Part shown: one piece after another, positions 30,347 to 43,940 of the stretch | How positions within the stretch are numbered: position 1 is the stretch's first letter | How the letters are laid out: each line of letters opens with the position of its first letter | Assembly: GCF_009914755.1 (NCBI RefSeq) | Contig: NC_060931.1 | DNA: 64,000 nt | Origin: the human T2T-CHM13v2.0 reference genome, Homo sapiens | Reading direction: 5' to 3' (one strand) | The notes under the pieces: generated by a model | The model's database searches: none | What the model was told of the DNA's origin: nothing | The model's input: the letters and a program-made list of their open reading frames with translations, nothing else | Translations under genes and position numbers: made by a program

Positions 30347-31280
30347 TATGAAACATTGAATGTGTACTCAAGAGCCCTGTTTCCTTTTGAAATTTTTCCA
30401 TATCATGCTCAAAGGGATTTAAACACATTCATTGCAAAGATTATTTTTGTAGCTCTGGATGTTGTCATCATGAGGAGATATAAAAGCTCCCTCTAATTCA
30501 CTTTATGAAGAAGTTGATGCCTTGAACATTATGTTCACTTATCCTAGGATGAACATCTCCTGATCATTAGAAATTTCTTTTCAAAAATATTCTGCATCCA
30601 AATTTCTGTTTTTAAGAGTATTATGTTTCAGTTCTTGCATCAAATGCTAGCATGGAGTTTATTTTTAGTGTCATGATAAATCTATAGACCAGTGAATATA
30701 TCATATCAAGAGTTGAGTCAGTAAAAGCTTTTTAAATATATTTCTTACTTATTTGAAAATAACAGATGAGTTTTTGAAAAATAAAAATTTGGCAAAGCCT
30801 GCATGATGAAATGCCAAATAAAAGATGCAATGTACCTTGTCATCGATACATTTTCCATAGCATTTATATGCAGCAGGATAATTTAGTAAGATATTCATTT
30901 CTGTCTGATTGTTACTGCTTTAGGAGACGGATGAAAAGATTTATTTTCCTTTGCGCCCTCTACATGAGCAATCAAGCCTGCATGTCTTGGCGAATTAGCT
31001 CATTTTCAGGAGACTTGGCCTATAGAGGTTATAGAGCTGAATTACTAGAGCAGGGGCATCTCCCAAGGTTTGAGGAGGAGGAATTTGAAATGGAAATAGA
31101 GGGAGAGAATAGTACTTCACCAGAGACTTGGGAATGAGTCTTCTCTGGTAGTGCCTGAGAACCCAGGAACCCTCAAAGAAGCTCATTTCCCATGCTTGCC
31201 ATAGAAGGAATGGAATCCCCCTCCTTTTAACAGCCCACAGGGGCTACAGTGAGCATCTCCGTGGTTATCTCCTCTGTACC

Positions 31281-31673
31281 TATATTAGTCCACTCTCACA
31301 CTGCTCTAAAGAACTATCTAAGACTGAGTAATTTATGAAAAAAAGTCGTTTAATTGATTCACAGTTCTGCAGGCTGTACAGGAAGGATGGCTGGGAGGCC
31401 TCAGGAAACTTATAATCATAGCAGAAGGCAAAGGGAAAGCAAGCACAGCAGGGGTGAGGGAGAGAGAGTGCACGCAAAGGGGGAAGTGCCACACACTTTT
31501 AAACCACCACATCTTGTGAGAATTCTATCACGAGACAGCACTAGGCGGATGGTCCTAAACCATTAGAAACCACCCCCATGATCCACTCACCTCCTACCAG
31601 TCCCCACCTTCAACACCTGGGGACTACAATTCCACATGGGATTTGGGTGGGGACACAGAGCCAAACCATATTA
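31281..31673 (-). mobile_element. MSTA solo LTR
   Basis: CACAGTTCTGCAGGCTGTACAGGAAG...GGGGACACAGAGCCAAACCATAT; TSD GTACC/GTAGC. Confidence 0.9.
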
Positions 31674-33011
31674 GTAGCCTTGGCAACTGAAGGCTAGGTC
31701 TCCAAACTGAATATGATTGAATTGTTGACACCCTAGTGAATGTGGCTCAGTGTCAGAATTATTTGATATCAAAGAAAAAAAGTTCATTTCACTTCAGTTT
31801 TGAAGAGCAAATTCATTTCATACACCTACTTTACCTTAGAGAGTAGGCTTATGAGCTGAGGCACTGGGATACACTGCTATTCTTCAGCAGATCCTAGGAA
31901 AGCACTTTGTACATAGCAGATAACACATGGACATTGTTGATTAACTGCTTACTAGCGACAGTAAAACAACTCAGGATTCCTGGCTTTTAATATCAACAGT
32001 CTACCTAGTAAAACTGCTTCTCAAAAGCTTCCCACATTTTCGGTGCTTAAATGAAAATATACTTTTCTTTTTTTATGAGTAGCTGAATCCTTTTGCATAG
32101 ACCGTAACTTAGATATATGAAGACATTTATTGTCTTTCCAATTCTAAATTTCTAAATAATCTAAATATGTAAATGTCTCCATAATGCTTTGCTAGAGACT
32201 GTATGTAAATATCATTAGGCTTTCTATTTAAAAAAAAAAATGGAAAAAGAAAAAACAGGAAAACCTCTTAGGCACGTCTGTCTTTTAAAAAAATACCATT
32301 TCAACCTCAAATTTGATGAGACATACACATTGCTTTTTGGATGCCCTTTAATTTTTTTTAATTCTAAGAAAAAAAATGGAGGAGATTTAAAGTAGTTTGA
32401 CATTTAAGAATATAATCTAACTTAAATTAGGATTGAGGTACTGCAAATGTAGACATTTTCTTTTGTAAACAAATAAATAGAAAGTAGGACAACAAGTAGA
32501 ATTCAAGGTAGCTCAAAAAATGCAGGATGAAAAACACTTGAAAAGAAAATGGAAATACTGAGATAAAAAAAATTCAACACGTCACCAAAAGACTTTTTGG
32601 GAGAGGGACTGAGAAGAGTAGGGGGTAGATTAAATATACTGGTTGAGAAACCAGCATTAGAGAAGACTAGGGACTAAGGGTAAGGGGATGAGTGGAGAAG
32701 GCAGTGTGGCTTGAGTCAACGTTGAACTTCAGGAACAGGAGAAGAAGATGGGAAAGAGGAAAAGAAAGACTTTTAATCCCCTGTAGCAGGAGATGGAATA
32801 AGCAAAGAAGTCACTGTTTTCCCTCCAGCCTTCCATCCCTGCTAAGTGGCTACTATTGAATTAATCATCTGTAAATCATCATTCTGGACTGGCATAGCCT
32901 TGGTTTAGGGTGTCTCATTTCATCCATATAATAGTCGCCAGGGCTACTGAGTCCCTTCAAAACTAGTAATCAGCCAGATGTCACAATCAAACATGTCTGT
33001 GCCTATACAAC

Positions 33012-33433
33012 TGCTACGGTTTGAATGTTTGTCCCCTCCAAACCTCACGTTGAAATTTCATCCCCAGTGTTGGAGGTGGGGCATAATGGGCGGTGTTTGG
33101 GTCCTGGGGGGAATCCTTCCTGAATACGCTAATGCCCTTACAAGGTTGGGGGAGTGAGTTCTCACTCTGTTAGTTCCCTCAATAGCTAGTTATTTAAAAG
33201 AGCCTGGCACCTTCCCTCTGTCTCACATTTCCTCTCTGTGTGTGACCTCTGCACACTCTAGCTCCCTTTCTGCCTTCAGCCATGAGTGGAGGCAGCCTCA
33301 GGCCCTCATCAGATGCAGATGCCCAATCTTAAACTTTCCAGCCATCAGAACTGAGCCAAATAAACCTTTTTTCTTCATAAATTATTCTTAGCCTCAGGTA
33401 TTCCTTTATAGCCATACAAAATGAACTAAGACA
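33012..33433 (+). mobile_element. MSTB/MSTD-like solo LTR
   Basis: TGCTACGGTTTGAATGTTTGTCCCCTCCAAA...GAACTAAGACA. Confidence 0.85.
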
Positions 33434-33549
33434 ACTTTATTATTCTGCCCATGGTTTCTAATAAAACATTACCAAATTTTCTTCAAAAATTCCTCAGATC
33501 TGTTTCAATATGGGTCAAATATTTTTCAAATATTTTGTAGAATGTATCT

Positions 33550-34480
33550 TTTTCTTCCCCATAAGAAATAGAAGCCATCAGTTAAAGATACCTCTTAATT
33601 TCACATCATCACATGACAAACCTTCCCTTCCTTCTTCCTTTCCCTTTCCTTTCGTTACAAGAAAAAATGTCACCTTTGCTATCTAAAGTGAAGCCTCAAC
33701 TCTGCTCTGAATTGCACATGCAGCAGCCTTTTTGAGCTTGACACTGTAGATTATTGCCTCTCTCTTTCAAGTCATTAACCACATACTTTCAACTGGGTCC
33801 TTTCTACTGGCATTTGTGTATACTCAAGCCTCTCCAATTCAAAAAGAAAACATTTTCAAAAAAGAAAATAAACCATTACTCAACTCCTCATCCAACTCCA
33901 GCTCTCAAGCTAATATTTGTCTACCTTTTACAACCAAACTTTAAAATTTCAACTAAGTACCCTCTCCATTGTCTTACCTCCCACTCACTTTTCAGCATTG
34001 AGACCGGCTTTTGTCCCAGGGCTGTATTCAAACTGCTCTAAGCAAGATCATAAAACTTTTCATGTCACAAAATCCAATGCTCAATTTGCTGTCCTCATTT
34101 CACTTGAATCAGCAACTTTAAAATCTGGACAATATTTTCCTTGGCTTCTACAACACGCTCTCTTGGTTTTCTCCTACCCCTCTAGATATTCCTTCTTTGT
34201 CATCTCCTCTAGTTCATCTTTATTTGCTTACAATTTAAAAGTGAGGTTCCCTGAGGCCTGACCTGAGCCCCAATATTTTTGCACCCTTTCATTCTCACAA
34301 GATGACAATGTCCAACAAGTTTATGACTTTGATCACTGTCAGTATAACTACAATGCCCAAATTTATCTCTGAAATAGTCAACTCAGACTTCTCTAAAATG
34401 CAAACCTACTACCAATTGGATAATGAACCTCCATTTAGAAATTTTAAATTTACCTTAAATTCAACATGATCAGAACTGAT
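33550..34480 (+). mobile_element. L2 fragment (appears to resume at ~37580-37880)
   Basis: AAATCCAATGCTCAATTTGCTGTCCTCAT...CCTTGGCTTCTACAACAC...AAATTCAACATG. Confidence 0.65.
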
Positions 34481-35235
34481 TGCACAGACTTGCGCTTCTG
34501 GCCAAAACGAAATAACTGGAACCAGATGTAGCCCCTACCCTTTAACAAAATATTGGGAAATCAACCTTAGGAGTATATAAAAAATTAAATAAACAATGAC
34601 AAGGAATGTAATCAATTCACCATATTAACGGTATAAATACAAAACCATAATTGGTGTAGAAAAAGCATTTGAAAAAATTTAACATCCATTCACAAAATAG
34701 ATAAATAAACAAATAAGTAAAGTCTCAGCTTATTAAGACTATACAGAAATACCCTCAACGTGATAATGGACATCTGTTGAAAAAATACATCTAAAATCAT
34801 ACCTAGTGGTGAAAGGCTCAATGCTTTTCCCCTAAGAGTCTGCAAGACACAAGACTGTCCATTTCACTGGAAATTAGCAAGCTGATTCTAAAATTTGTAT
34901 GGAAATGCAAAGAATTTACAATAGCTACAATAATTTTAAAGAATAAGAGCAAATTTGAAGAATTCATTAAATGTTTTCTAAACAAACTATAAAACTACAG
35001 TAATCAACAAAGCAAAGATTGGCATAAAGCTAGATATAGAGATTAATGGAAAAAAGTGAAGAGTTTAGAAATGGCTATAAAGATGCCAAGAAAATTCAAA
35101 GGGGAAAGGATAACTTCTCAACAAATGGTGCTAGAACTGAATAACCATATGAAGAAAAAAGACACTTGATTCTCATACCATGCATAAAAATTAGTCAAAG
35201 TGGACAACTGACCCAAACACAAATAATAAAACTAT

Positions 35236-35515
35236 ACAGCAGTACACGCAAGGATACAAAAATACTAGAAGAAAATCTAGGGAAAACTCTTCAGGACAAA
35301 ACTCTTCTAGACAATGAATTCATGACTAAGACCTCAGAAGCACAAGAAACCAAAACAAAACTAGATAAATGAGTACTTAATTAAACTAAAAAACCTTAAC
35401 ACAGCAAAAGAAATAACAGAGTGAACAGATAACCTGCATAATTAGAGAAAATATTGGAAAACTATGCATCCATCAGGGGACCAATATCCAGAATTTATAA
35501 GGAACTCAAACAACT

Positions 35516-35568
<53 letters not shown>

Positions 35569-36401
35569 TAACTATTAAAAAGTGAGCAAAAGACGGTTTT
35601 CAAAAGAAGATATACAAAGGGCCAACAGACATTTGAAAAAATACTTTACATCACTAATCATCAGAGAAATGCACATTAAAACCTCAATAAGATATCATCT
35701 TACACTAGTCAGAACCATTACTATTAAAAAGTCAAAAAACAACAGATGTTGGTGAGGATGCGGAGAAAAGGGAATGCTTTATACTGTTGGTAGAAATGTA
35801 AATTTTTACAATCTCTATGGAAAACAGTAAAGAGATTTCTCAAAGAATTAAAAGTAGAACTATCATTTGATCCAACAATCCCACTACCGGGTATCTACCC
35901 AAAGGAAAAGAAATAACTATATCAAAAAGATACCTGTACTCATATGTTTATCATAGCACTATTCATAATCTTTGCTAAAGATATGGATTCAACTTAAGTG
36001 TCCATCAGTGGATGACTGGATAAAAGAAATGGGGTATATATGGACAACAGAATACCATTCAGCCGTAAAAATAATGAAGCATGTCTTTTGCAGCAACATG
36101 AATGGAGCTGCAGGCCATTGTCTTAAGTGAAATTACTCAGAAACAGAAAGTCAAGTATCCGACGCTCCCACTTATAAGTGGGAGTTAAATAATGTGTACA
36201 CACAGAGTATAGAATGGTAGGTCTAGTACCCTCAGAAGGGTTGGGAAGAGAAATGGGGTGGGTGATGAAAAATTAGTTAATGGGTACAATGAACATTATT
36301 CAGGTGATGGATACACTAAAAGCCAAGACTTCACCACTATATAATATGTCCATGTAACAAAATTGCACTTGTACTCCTTAAATGTATTTAAATAATACTA
36401 C
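35236..36401 (+). mobile_element. 5'-truncated L1PB-like insertion
   Basis: ORF2 3' end and 3' UTR GGTGATGGATACACTAAAAGCCAAGACTTCACCACTA...TGCACTTGTACTCC; 12-bp TSD TAATAAAACTAT (35224-35235, 36402-36413). Confidence 0.85.
35519..35566. repeat. (CA)24 microsatellite
   Basis: Uninterrupted tract, direct reading. Confidence 0.97.
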
Positions 36402-37964
36402 TAATAAAACTATTAGAAAAACTTAAGTGAAAATTTTCACAAAATTGAGGTAAAGATGTTTAGAAAAGACACAAAAAGCACAGTTCATAAAGTAAATTAA
36501 CAAATTGGAATTCACCAAAATAAGAAACCTCTTCACATATCATTATTAATAAAATATAAGTCAAATCACAGATTGAGGAGAAAATACTTGGGGGCTATAT
36601 CTGATTAAAGACTTTTACCAAGAATTTTTAAAGAACTCTTACAACTCATAACAATACAAACAGTCCAAATTTTAAAATGGGTAAAAAACTTGAACAGAAA
36701 TTCAGAAGAGAAGATATACAAATGGATAAATAAAAAGATGCTAAATCATATTACTCTTCAGGGAAATTAAAATTAAAATCAATGAGATATAACTACATAC
36801 TTACTAGAATTCCTAAAGGTAGAAACTGACAATACCAAGTAGGGCAATGATGTGAAGCAACTTAAACTCTCCTACATTGCAGTTGAGAATGCAAATTGCT
36901 ACAACCACTTTTGAAATAATTTGGCAGATATATATATCCCTTATGTGTGTGGGGGGTATACACACACTCACATATGTACATATGTATGTACACTTATAAA
37001 ATATAAATATATGCATCTACCACATAATCCAGCAATTCTACTACTAGGTATACTTACCCAAGAGATATAAAAACATATGTTCATACAAAGACTTGTACTC
37101 AAATGTTCACTACAATTTTATTCACAGTAGCCCAAAATTGAAAACAACCTAAATATCCATCAATAGGTGACTGAATAAACAAACTGTGGTGTAGCAATAA
37201 AATAAAATACAACTTGGCAATCAAAATAAATTACTGATGAACACAGTAATATGAATGAATCTCAAAACTATTATACTGAGCAATAAAAGCCAATCCCAAA
37301 AGATTACATACAATGTGATTCTATTTATTGAAATTCCAGAAAACACAAATCTAACCTACAGTGAGAAAATAGATCAGTGATTTCCTGGGGCCAGAGCAGG
37401 GTAAGAGGACTGTAAATGGCACAAGGAAAGTTTTTAGGTGACGGAAAAATGCTATATCTTGATTGTGACTGTGATATACAGGTTTATATATTTGTCAAAA
37501 CTCATCAAATACTCATTTACACTAGGTGCATATTATTATATGTAAGTTATTATTTAATAAAGATTTTTTTAAATAATCAATGCCTGGTCTCTCCTTCCAC
37601 CCCAGCACACACCCTTCAAAAACAAGTCCTCCTTAAGTTATTTGAAATCTTGGTATAATGTTTTCTTACTTCCATATCCTTCAACACTCATGTTCATGCA
37701 ATCACTATATTCTGTTTACCTTCAAAATATCTCGGCGTCTTGACATATCTTATCTCCACTGGCACCTTTAGGCCTATGCCCCATTAGCTCTTACTCACAT
37801 CTCTTGTGACATCTCAGCAGGCACTCTCATGGCCTTCCAATCTATTTTCCATTCTATTTGCATTTCTCAAAAATATAAAAGATAAAGGGTCTTAAAAATA
37901 ATGTGTAGCTACTCACCCAATGATGCTCAAAGTTGGTTTGAAAAATCTGGGTTTGAATCTTAAG

Positions 37965-38120
37965 AAGTGGTTTCCAAAGCTGAGTATCAGAATTACCTGG
38001 GTGGCTTTTTAAAAATCAGATTTATTAACCTCATATGGAGATTCTAATTCAGTTTGAGGATGACACCAAGCACTTTCTCCAACTATCCTGATAATCATCT
38101 AGTTTTGAGGATCATACTAC
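37965..38120. mobile_element. MER5-like DNA transposon fragment
   Basis: AGTGGTTTCCAAAGC...ATCAGAATTACCTGGGTGGCTTTTTAAAA...GAGATTCTAATTCAGT. Confidence 0.55.
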
Positions 38121-38324
38121 TCTGATGTCAGTGGAGTTACTGGAAGGTTAAGTCTCATGCCAAGACCATCAAGCTGAGTCATTTTATTTATACCACTGTT
38201 TCCATACAGCCTGGCAGCTATCCACTAGGAAACCTGCCCACCAAGTACCAGGTTTACCACTCACTCTTACCAAAGTCATCTGTCTTTATCTGAAAGATCC
38301 CTTCAATGGTAGTAATTATTGTAA

Positions 38325-38540
38325 TACTAATTATTGTAAACTTTCCAAGCACTTTTATGTATACTATAACTTTTGCAACTATCTTATAAAGCAGATATCA
38401 TTATCTCTACTTTATAGGTAAGAAAACTGAGACTTGAAAGTTAGGGTCCTTTGCTTACAAACAGCTAATGAATAACGGTAAGGTTTAAGCCAGAATCTGT
38501 CAGATTCCAAAGACCACATTCTTTCTGTGATACTGTATAG
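38325..38540 (-). mobile_element. MIR fragment
   Basis: ATTATCTCTACTTTATAGGTAAGAAAACTGAGACTT...CAGATTCCAAAG. Confidence 0.6.
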
Positions 38541-39666
38541 TTTCCCTAGGAATAAGCAGGGAAAAAAATGTTCCCTGTCATATTCACTGCTTCCTTTATA
38601 TCTACCTTCTGAATTTGTTCTTCTCCAGTCAGCTTTTGGATGGCAGCTGCCACAGCAGAAGGCCCAGCAAACAACTGAACAATAGCTAATATCTGATTAC
38701 AACAGGGAAGAAAACTGACAGGACAAAAAACAAAACCACATGAATTAAGGTCCTATGGCAACTGCATTATCAATATTAATCATATGACTTCATAATGACT
38801 CCTTATTCACCATATCCAACCTGATAAATTGGAATTATTTCTTCCTACGAATAAATGATATGTAGGAATGTCTATAAGTATGTCAAAATTTCATGCATCG
38901 TGAATTTCATAGCAGGAACCCGGCTAAAGTCAACATTCATATCCTAACATTTTTAATAAATCTATAGAATCAAAGGTATAAACCAGAAAATTATTAGCCT
39001 TTCAGTTGAGGTATAAACAAGACTGAACACTTTTATTTACCATTCCTTGCTGAAGCTATTAGCTAATAGCCTTAATTTATGAAAAGATATTTATTTCCTT
39101 TGAACTGCTTTCCCCAAATCAAGGCAAAAGTACTCAGCATCTTTGAGAAACTAAACTGTTGGACATAAAACCAAACTTCTTGTTAGTATAATTTTAATCA
39201 TCACTTTATTATATACTGAAAATATACATGTACTCATGTAAGTTAAATATTCAAAATAGCCAAAATCAAATTCCCAAACACTTGTGCAAAACTGCTAAAA
39301 ATTTCATTTTTCATCCTCATCTAGACATGACACAGAACAGCTTGCCATGATACGCCCTTCTCAATAAGTGTAAATTACACACAGTAGGGGATTTAATTCC
39401 CAGACCATGGAAAGCTAAACCAATGAGAAAAATCAATCCAAAAGACTGACCTTGGCAGCCCAATCGTGAATGTAGTTATTTTCCCTTCAGCCAAAGTCAC
39501 AGTAGAGATTCTTTACTCTTTCTAGTTTGTCCTAGAAAACTAATACATGGGTCAAACAATAATTTTCTGAATTTGGACCGCTGTTGCAGCCAATCAAGAT
39601 AATTTTGAAGCTATTCAATCTCTGAGTCATTTCTCAGTAATAGAATTTGTGGCAGGTCAGGAAGAA

Positions 39667-40774
39667 CGATATGGTTTGGCTCTATGTCCCCACCCAAATC
39701 TCATCTGAGATTGTAATTCCCATGTGTGAGGGAGGAACCTGGTGGGAGGTGATTGAATCATGGGGTCAGTTTCCCACATGCTGTTCTCATGATAGAGAGT
39801 TCTCATGAGATCTAATGGTTTAAAAGTGGCAGGTTCCCCTGCTCTGTCTCCTGCTGCCATGTATGACATGCCTTCCTTCCCCTCCCAATCATAGAAGCAT
39901 CATGACTGTAAGTTTCCTGAGGTCTCAGCCATGTGGAACTGTGAGTCAATTAAACCTTTTCTTTATAAATTACCCAGTCTCAGGTAGTATTTTTATAGCA
40001 GCATGAGAACAGACTAATACGGATAATTGGTACAGGGAGTGGGGTACTGCTATAAAAATAACCTGAAAATGTGGAAGTGACTTTGGATCTGGGTAACAGG
40101 CAGAGGTTGGAACAGTTTGGAGGGCTCAGGAGACAGAAGAATGTTTAGAACTTCCTATAGATTTGTTTAATGGTTTTGACAAAAATGCTGATAGTGATAT
40201 GGACAATGAAGTCCAGGCTGAGGTGGTCTCAGATGGAAATAAGGAACTTATTGAGAACTGGAGTACAGGTCACTCATGTTATGCTTTTGAAAAGAGACTG
40301 GCGGCATTTTGCCCCCGCCCTAGAGATATGTGGAACTTTGAACTTGAGAAACATGATTTAGTGTATCTGGCAGAAGAAATTTCTGGGATGATTGGTTTTG
40401 AAATGTGAAAAAGGCATGAGATTTGGGAGGAGCCAGGGGTGGAATTATATGGTTTAGCTCTGTGTGCCCACCCAAATTTCATCTGGCATTATAATCCCCA
40501 AGAGTGAGGGAGGGACCTGGTGGAAGGTGATGGGATCATGGGGGCAGTTTCCCACATGCTGTTTTTATGATAGTGAGAGAGTTCTCATGAGATCTGATGG
40601 CTTTCTCCTGCTGCCATGTAAGACACTCCTTGCTTTCCCTTCACCTTCTGCCATGATTGTAAGTTTCCTGAGGCCTTTACAGCCATGCAGAACTGTGAGT
40701 CAATTAAACCTTTCTTTATAGATTACCCAGTCTCAGGTAATAATTTTGTAGCAGTGTGATAACAGACTAATACA
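39667..40774 (+). mobile_element. THE1D-like MaLR: 5' LTR 39667-40021, internally deleted body, 3' LTR 40445-40774
   Basis: Two direct LTRs (ATATGGTTT[G/A]GCTCT...CAGACTAATAC) around only ~420 bp of internal sequence. Confidence 0.9.
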
Positions 40775-42179
40775 AAAAGGTTTTTGTTTGGGAGCAGAAT
40801 TACAAGAGTTCTTAATTGTCTGAGCATGTGTTGCCCAAGAAACCTTAGTGCAGGAGTTGCATGGAGAAGCAAGTTGTCATAAATGAAAATATTCACTAAG
40901 CCACTGACCTCTGAAACAGGCTCCCTCCCAACCTTCACTTTTGTTCCAGGCAAAATTTTTTAATCAACTTCTTGTTGATTGCTTACAATAGCCAAAAGTA
41001 AAATGCAAAACAACTACAAAATGAAATTGGAGATCTTATAAAAGATCCAGAGTTATAGAAAGTCACTGGAAGCAGCATTGAAAACTTGCCAGAATCATGT
41101 GCAAAATCATGGACATATGACCTTTGGGATGATTAGACCAAGGGACAGACAACAAAGTTTTCAGAGGAAAGTGGTTTCATAATTTTGTTTTGATTTTTGA
41201 TATAAAGCCTCAATCAATTTTTTAAACTATTTATCTGGAAAAGTTTATTCCCATTCTAAGTAGAATCACATGTAAGTGCCATATTCCAGGGCCAGGGACT
41301 GTCAGATAACGAGGGCTTCCTTGTACCACCTTCTCAATTCTTCTCTGCCTGTGGGGACACTGGTTTAAGGTATCTCACAGTCCCAAGTTCCTAATTTTCT
41401 TATTTTATTAAAATGATAATATGACTTACATATTTTTAGGAAATCAATTTTCCATAATTTTCATTTCTGTGTTTTTTTTCAACCAGGCTTTAAAGACAGA
41501 ATTGACTGAACCCATCTACCATAATTTTGTGGTGGGAGACTTGCTGCATGTCTATTATTTCTTGCTATATTACTCTTATAATTTAACATTTCCTCTTTTA
41601 TCCTTTGTTTCCTGGAATCTGTTATTTATGCTTAATTATGTTTTCTTCCCTAAACCTATACAGCTCTGAACTCTTAAATGCAAGAGTAATCTGAACAGCA
41701 TGAACTTAATTTATAACTCTAATAACATTTTTCAAAATAAAGAGTAGCCATTTAAAACATGTCATTTATTTTGAATTCGGCAGTCTTAAGGAAAAAAATA
41801 ATAAATAGGGACAAACTATAATACATTATGCACCACAGACCAGTCTTCATTATCTATGGCAAGCTACAATCAGCCTTCTCTGGGATACAGCAAATCTGAG
41901 GCCTGGATTTGGAATCAGGGTCTTGCTTTGTTAGAAAAAATAAAGTTAACAGGGACACAGCTGTTTCTCAGAAGATGAAGTTGGGACACCCTTGTTCACT
42001 TTCAAAGTTGTCGGACAAATTTGAGATTCACACGCTAACAGAAAATGCTTTCCCCTCTCGCTTGCTGCTACTCATCCCAATTCCTTTGCTTAGGCTATAA
42101 TGAGAAAGTTACTTTTATTGCATTTTGTTCCTTTTAATTATTTCTTCTCCTTTTCCAAGCTTTCCAAGTCATCCGGTCT

Positions 42180-42620
42180 TTCATTCATTCATTTCTCAAA
42201 TATTTACTGAGTATCTGTCACATGCCATTCTGCTCAGTGCTAGAGACACAATAAAACAGACATAGTTCAAGAAGCTTAGGATCTAGTAGGTGATACAGAC
42301 AACAAATTGACAGAAGCTAATGAAAGCGGTACACTGGAAATAGTGTGTGGGAGAGATGAAAGTGAGGAGGAATCTCACTTTATTTGAAGGGTCAGATAGG
42401 CACTTTCTGAGAACATGGCATTTAAGCTGAGATTTGAAGGACAGGAGGGAGCCTTGCCTTCCTGGCCTCGCAAGTACCTGAGGAAGAGGTTTCCAAGCAG
42501 GGGAAGAGCTGATGTAATTATGCCAAGAAATGAAAGGGTCTGGGCACTCTAGGACATGCTTCTGTGGCTAGAGTGGATGAACGGACAAGAGGAGTCCTAG
42601 ATGTTCACTGGCAAAAGCAG
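42180..42620 (-). mobile_element. L2 fragment
   Basis: TCATTCATTCATT...ATATTTACTGAGTATCT...GGCATTTAAGCTGAGATTTGAAGGA. Confidence 0.7.
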
Positions 42621-42750
42621 GGCACATAGCATGATCAGTCCCCAGACCCACATTCCCCAAGTAAAGCCCTTGGTAGAGTAATAGCTGGGATGTTTCAAGA
42701 ATTTAATTAGTCCCATAAATCTCTACCAACGTTTTAAAAAGCAGATAACA

Positions 42751-42902
42751 AGCTGGGCACAGTGGCACATGCCTATAGTCCCAGCTACTCAGGAAGCAGA
42801 AGGATTGCTTGTATCCAAAAGTTCAAAGCCAGTAGTGCAAACTATAATTGTGCCTGTTCAGAGGCACTGCAGACCAGCCTGGGCAGCATAAGACCCTGTC
42901 TC
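42751..42902 (+). mobile_element. FAM-like fossil Alu monomer
   Basis: Single monomer with extra 7SL-derived segment GTAGTGCAAACTATAATTGTGCCTGTTCAGAGGCACTGCA; tail resumes at ~43207. Confidence 0.7.
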
Positions 42903-42903
42903 G

Positions 42904-43527
<624 letters not shown>

Positions 43528-43694
43528 TCACCCTTCTTGGGTTTTTTTCTTTCTTAATTCTCTATAATGTGTATGCTACTGAATGACAAAGTAGTCAAAA
43601 AGTGTTATCTTCCTAAAAGTTCTAGCTGACTAAAGGAAAAGTGTATTTCTTGGCAGTTCTAGCTGCCAAGAAAAGTATATTTATTGAGACAGAT

Positions 43695-43940
43695 GCACTC
43701 ATTAAGCACATGAACTTTGGCATCCAGGCAAATTCTGGGTGTGTACACTACTTCCACCGCATTTTATCTCTGTGAGTTCGGTATTATCTCCATTCATCCT
43801 CATAGGTTTATCCCTTAGCTTCCTCTTTCCAAAAAGTAGGCCTAACTATGAGACTAAATAATACATGTAAAGCATTTGATACAGAGCCTAGTACATAAAA
43901 GTACTGACTAGGCATTAGCTGCTATGATTATAATTTCATG
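43695..43940 (+). mobile_element. MIR
   Basis: TTAAGCACATGAACTTTGG...TAATACATGTAAAGCATTTG...GCCTAGTACATA. Confidence 0.6.

Larger units (their letters stand above)
34590..37565 (+). mobile_element. Old L1 (L1ME/L1MC-like), ORF2 remnants and 3' UTR, split by a younger L1
   Basis: AGAAAAAGCATTTGAAAAAATTTAACATCCATTCA; CAAGCTGATTCTAAAATTTGTATGGAAATGCAAAG; 3' end TTTGTCAAAACTCATCAAA...AATAAAG. Confidence 0.8.
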
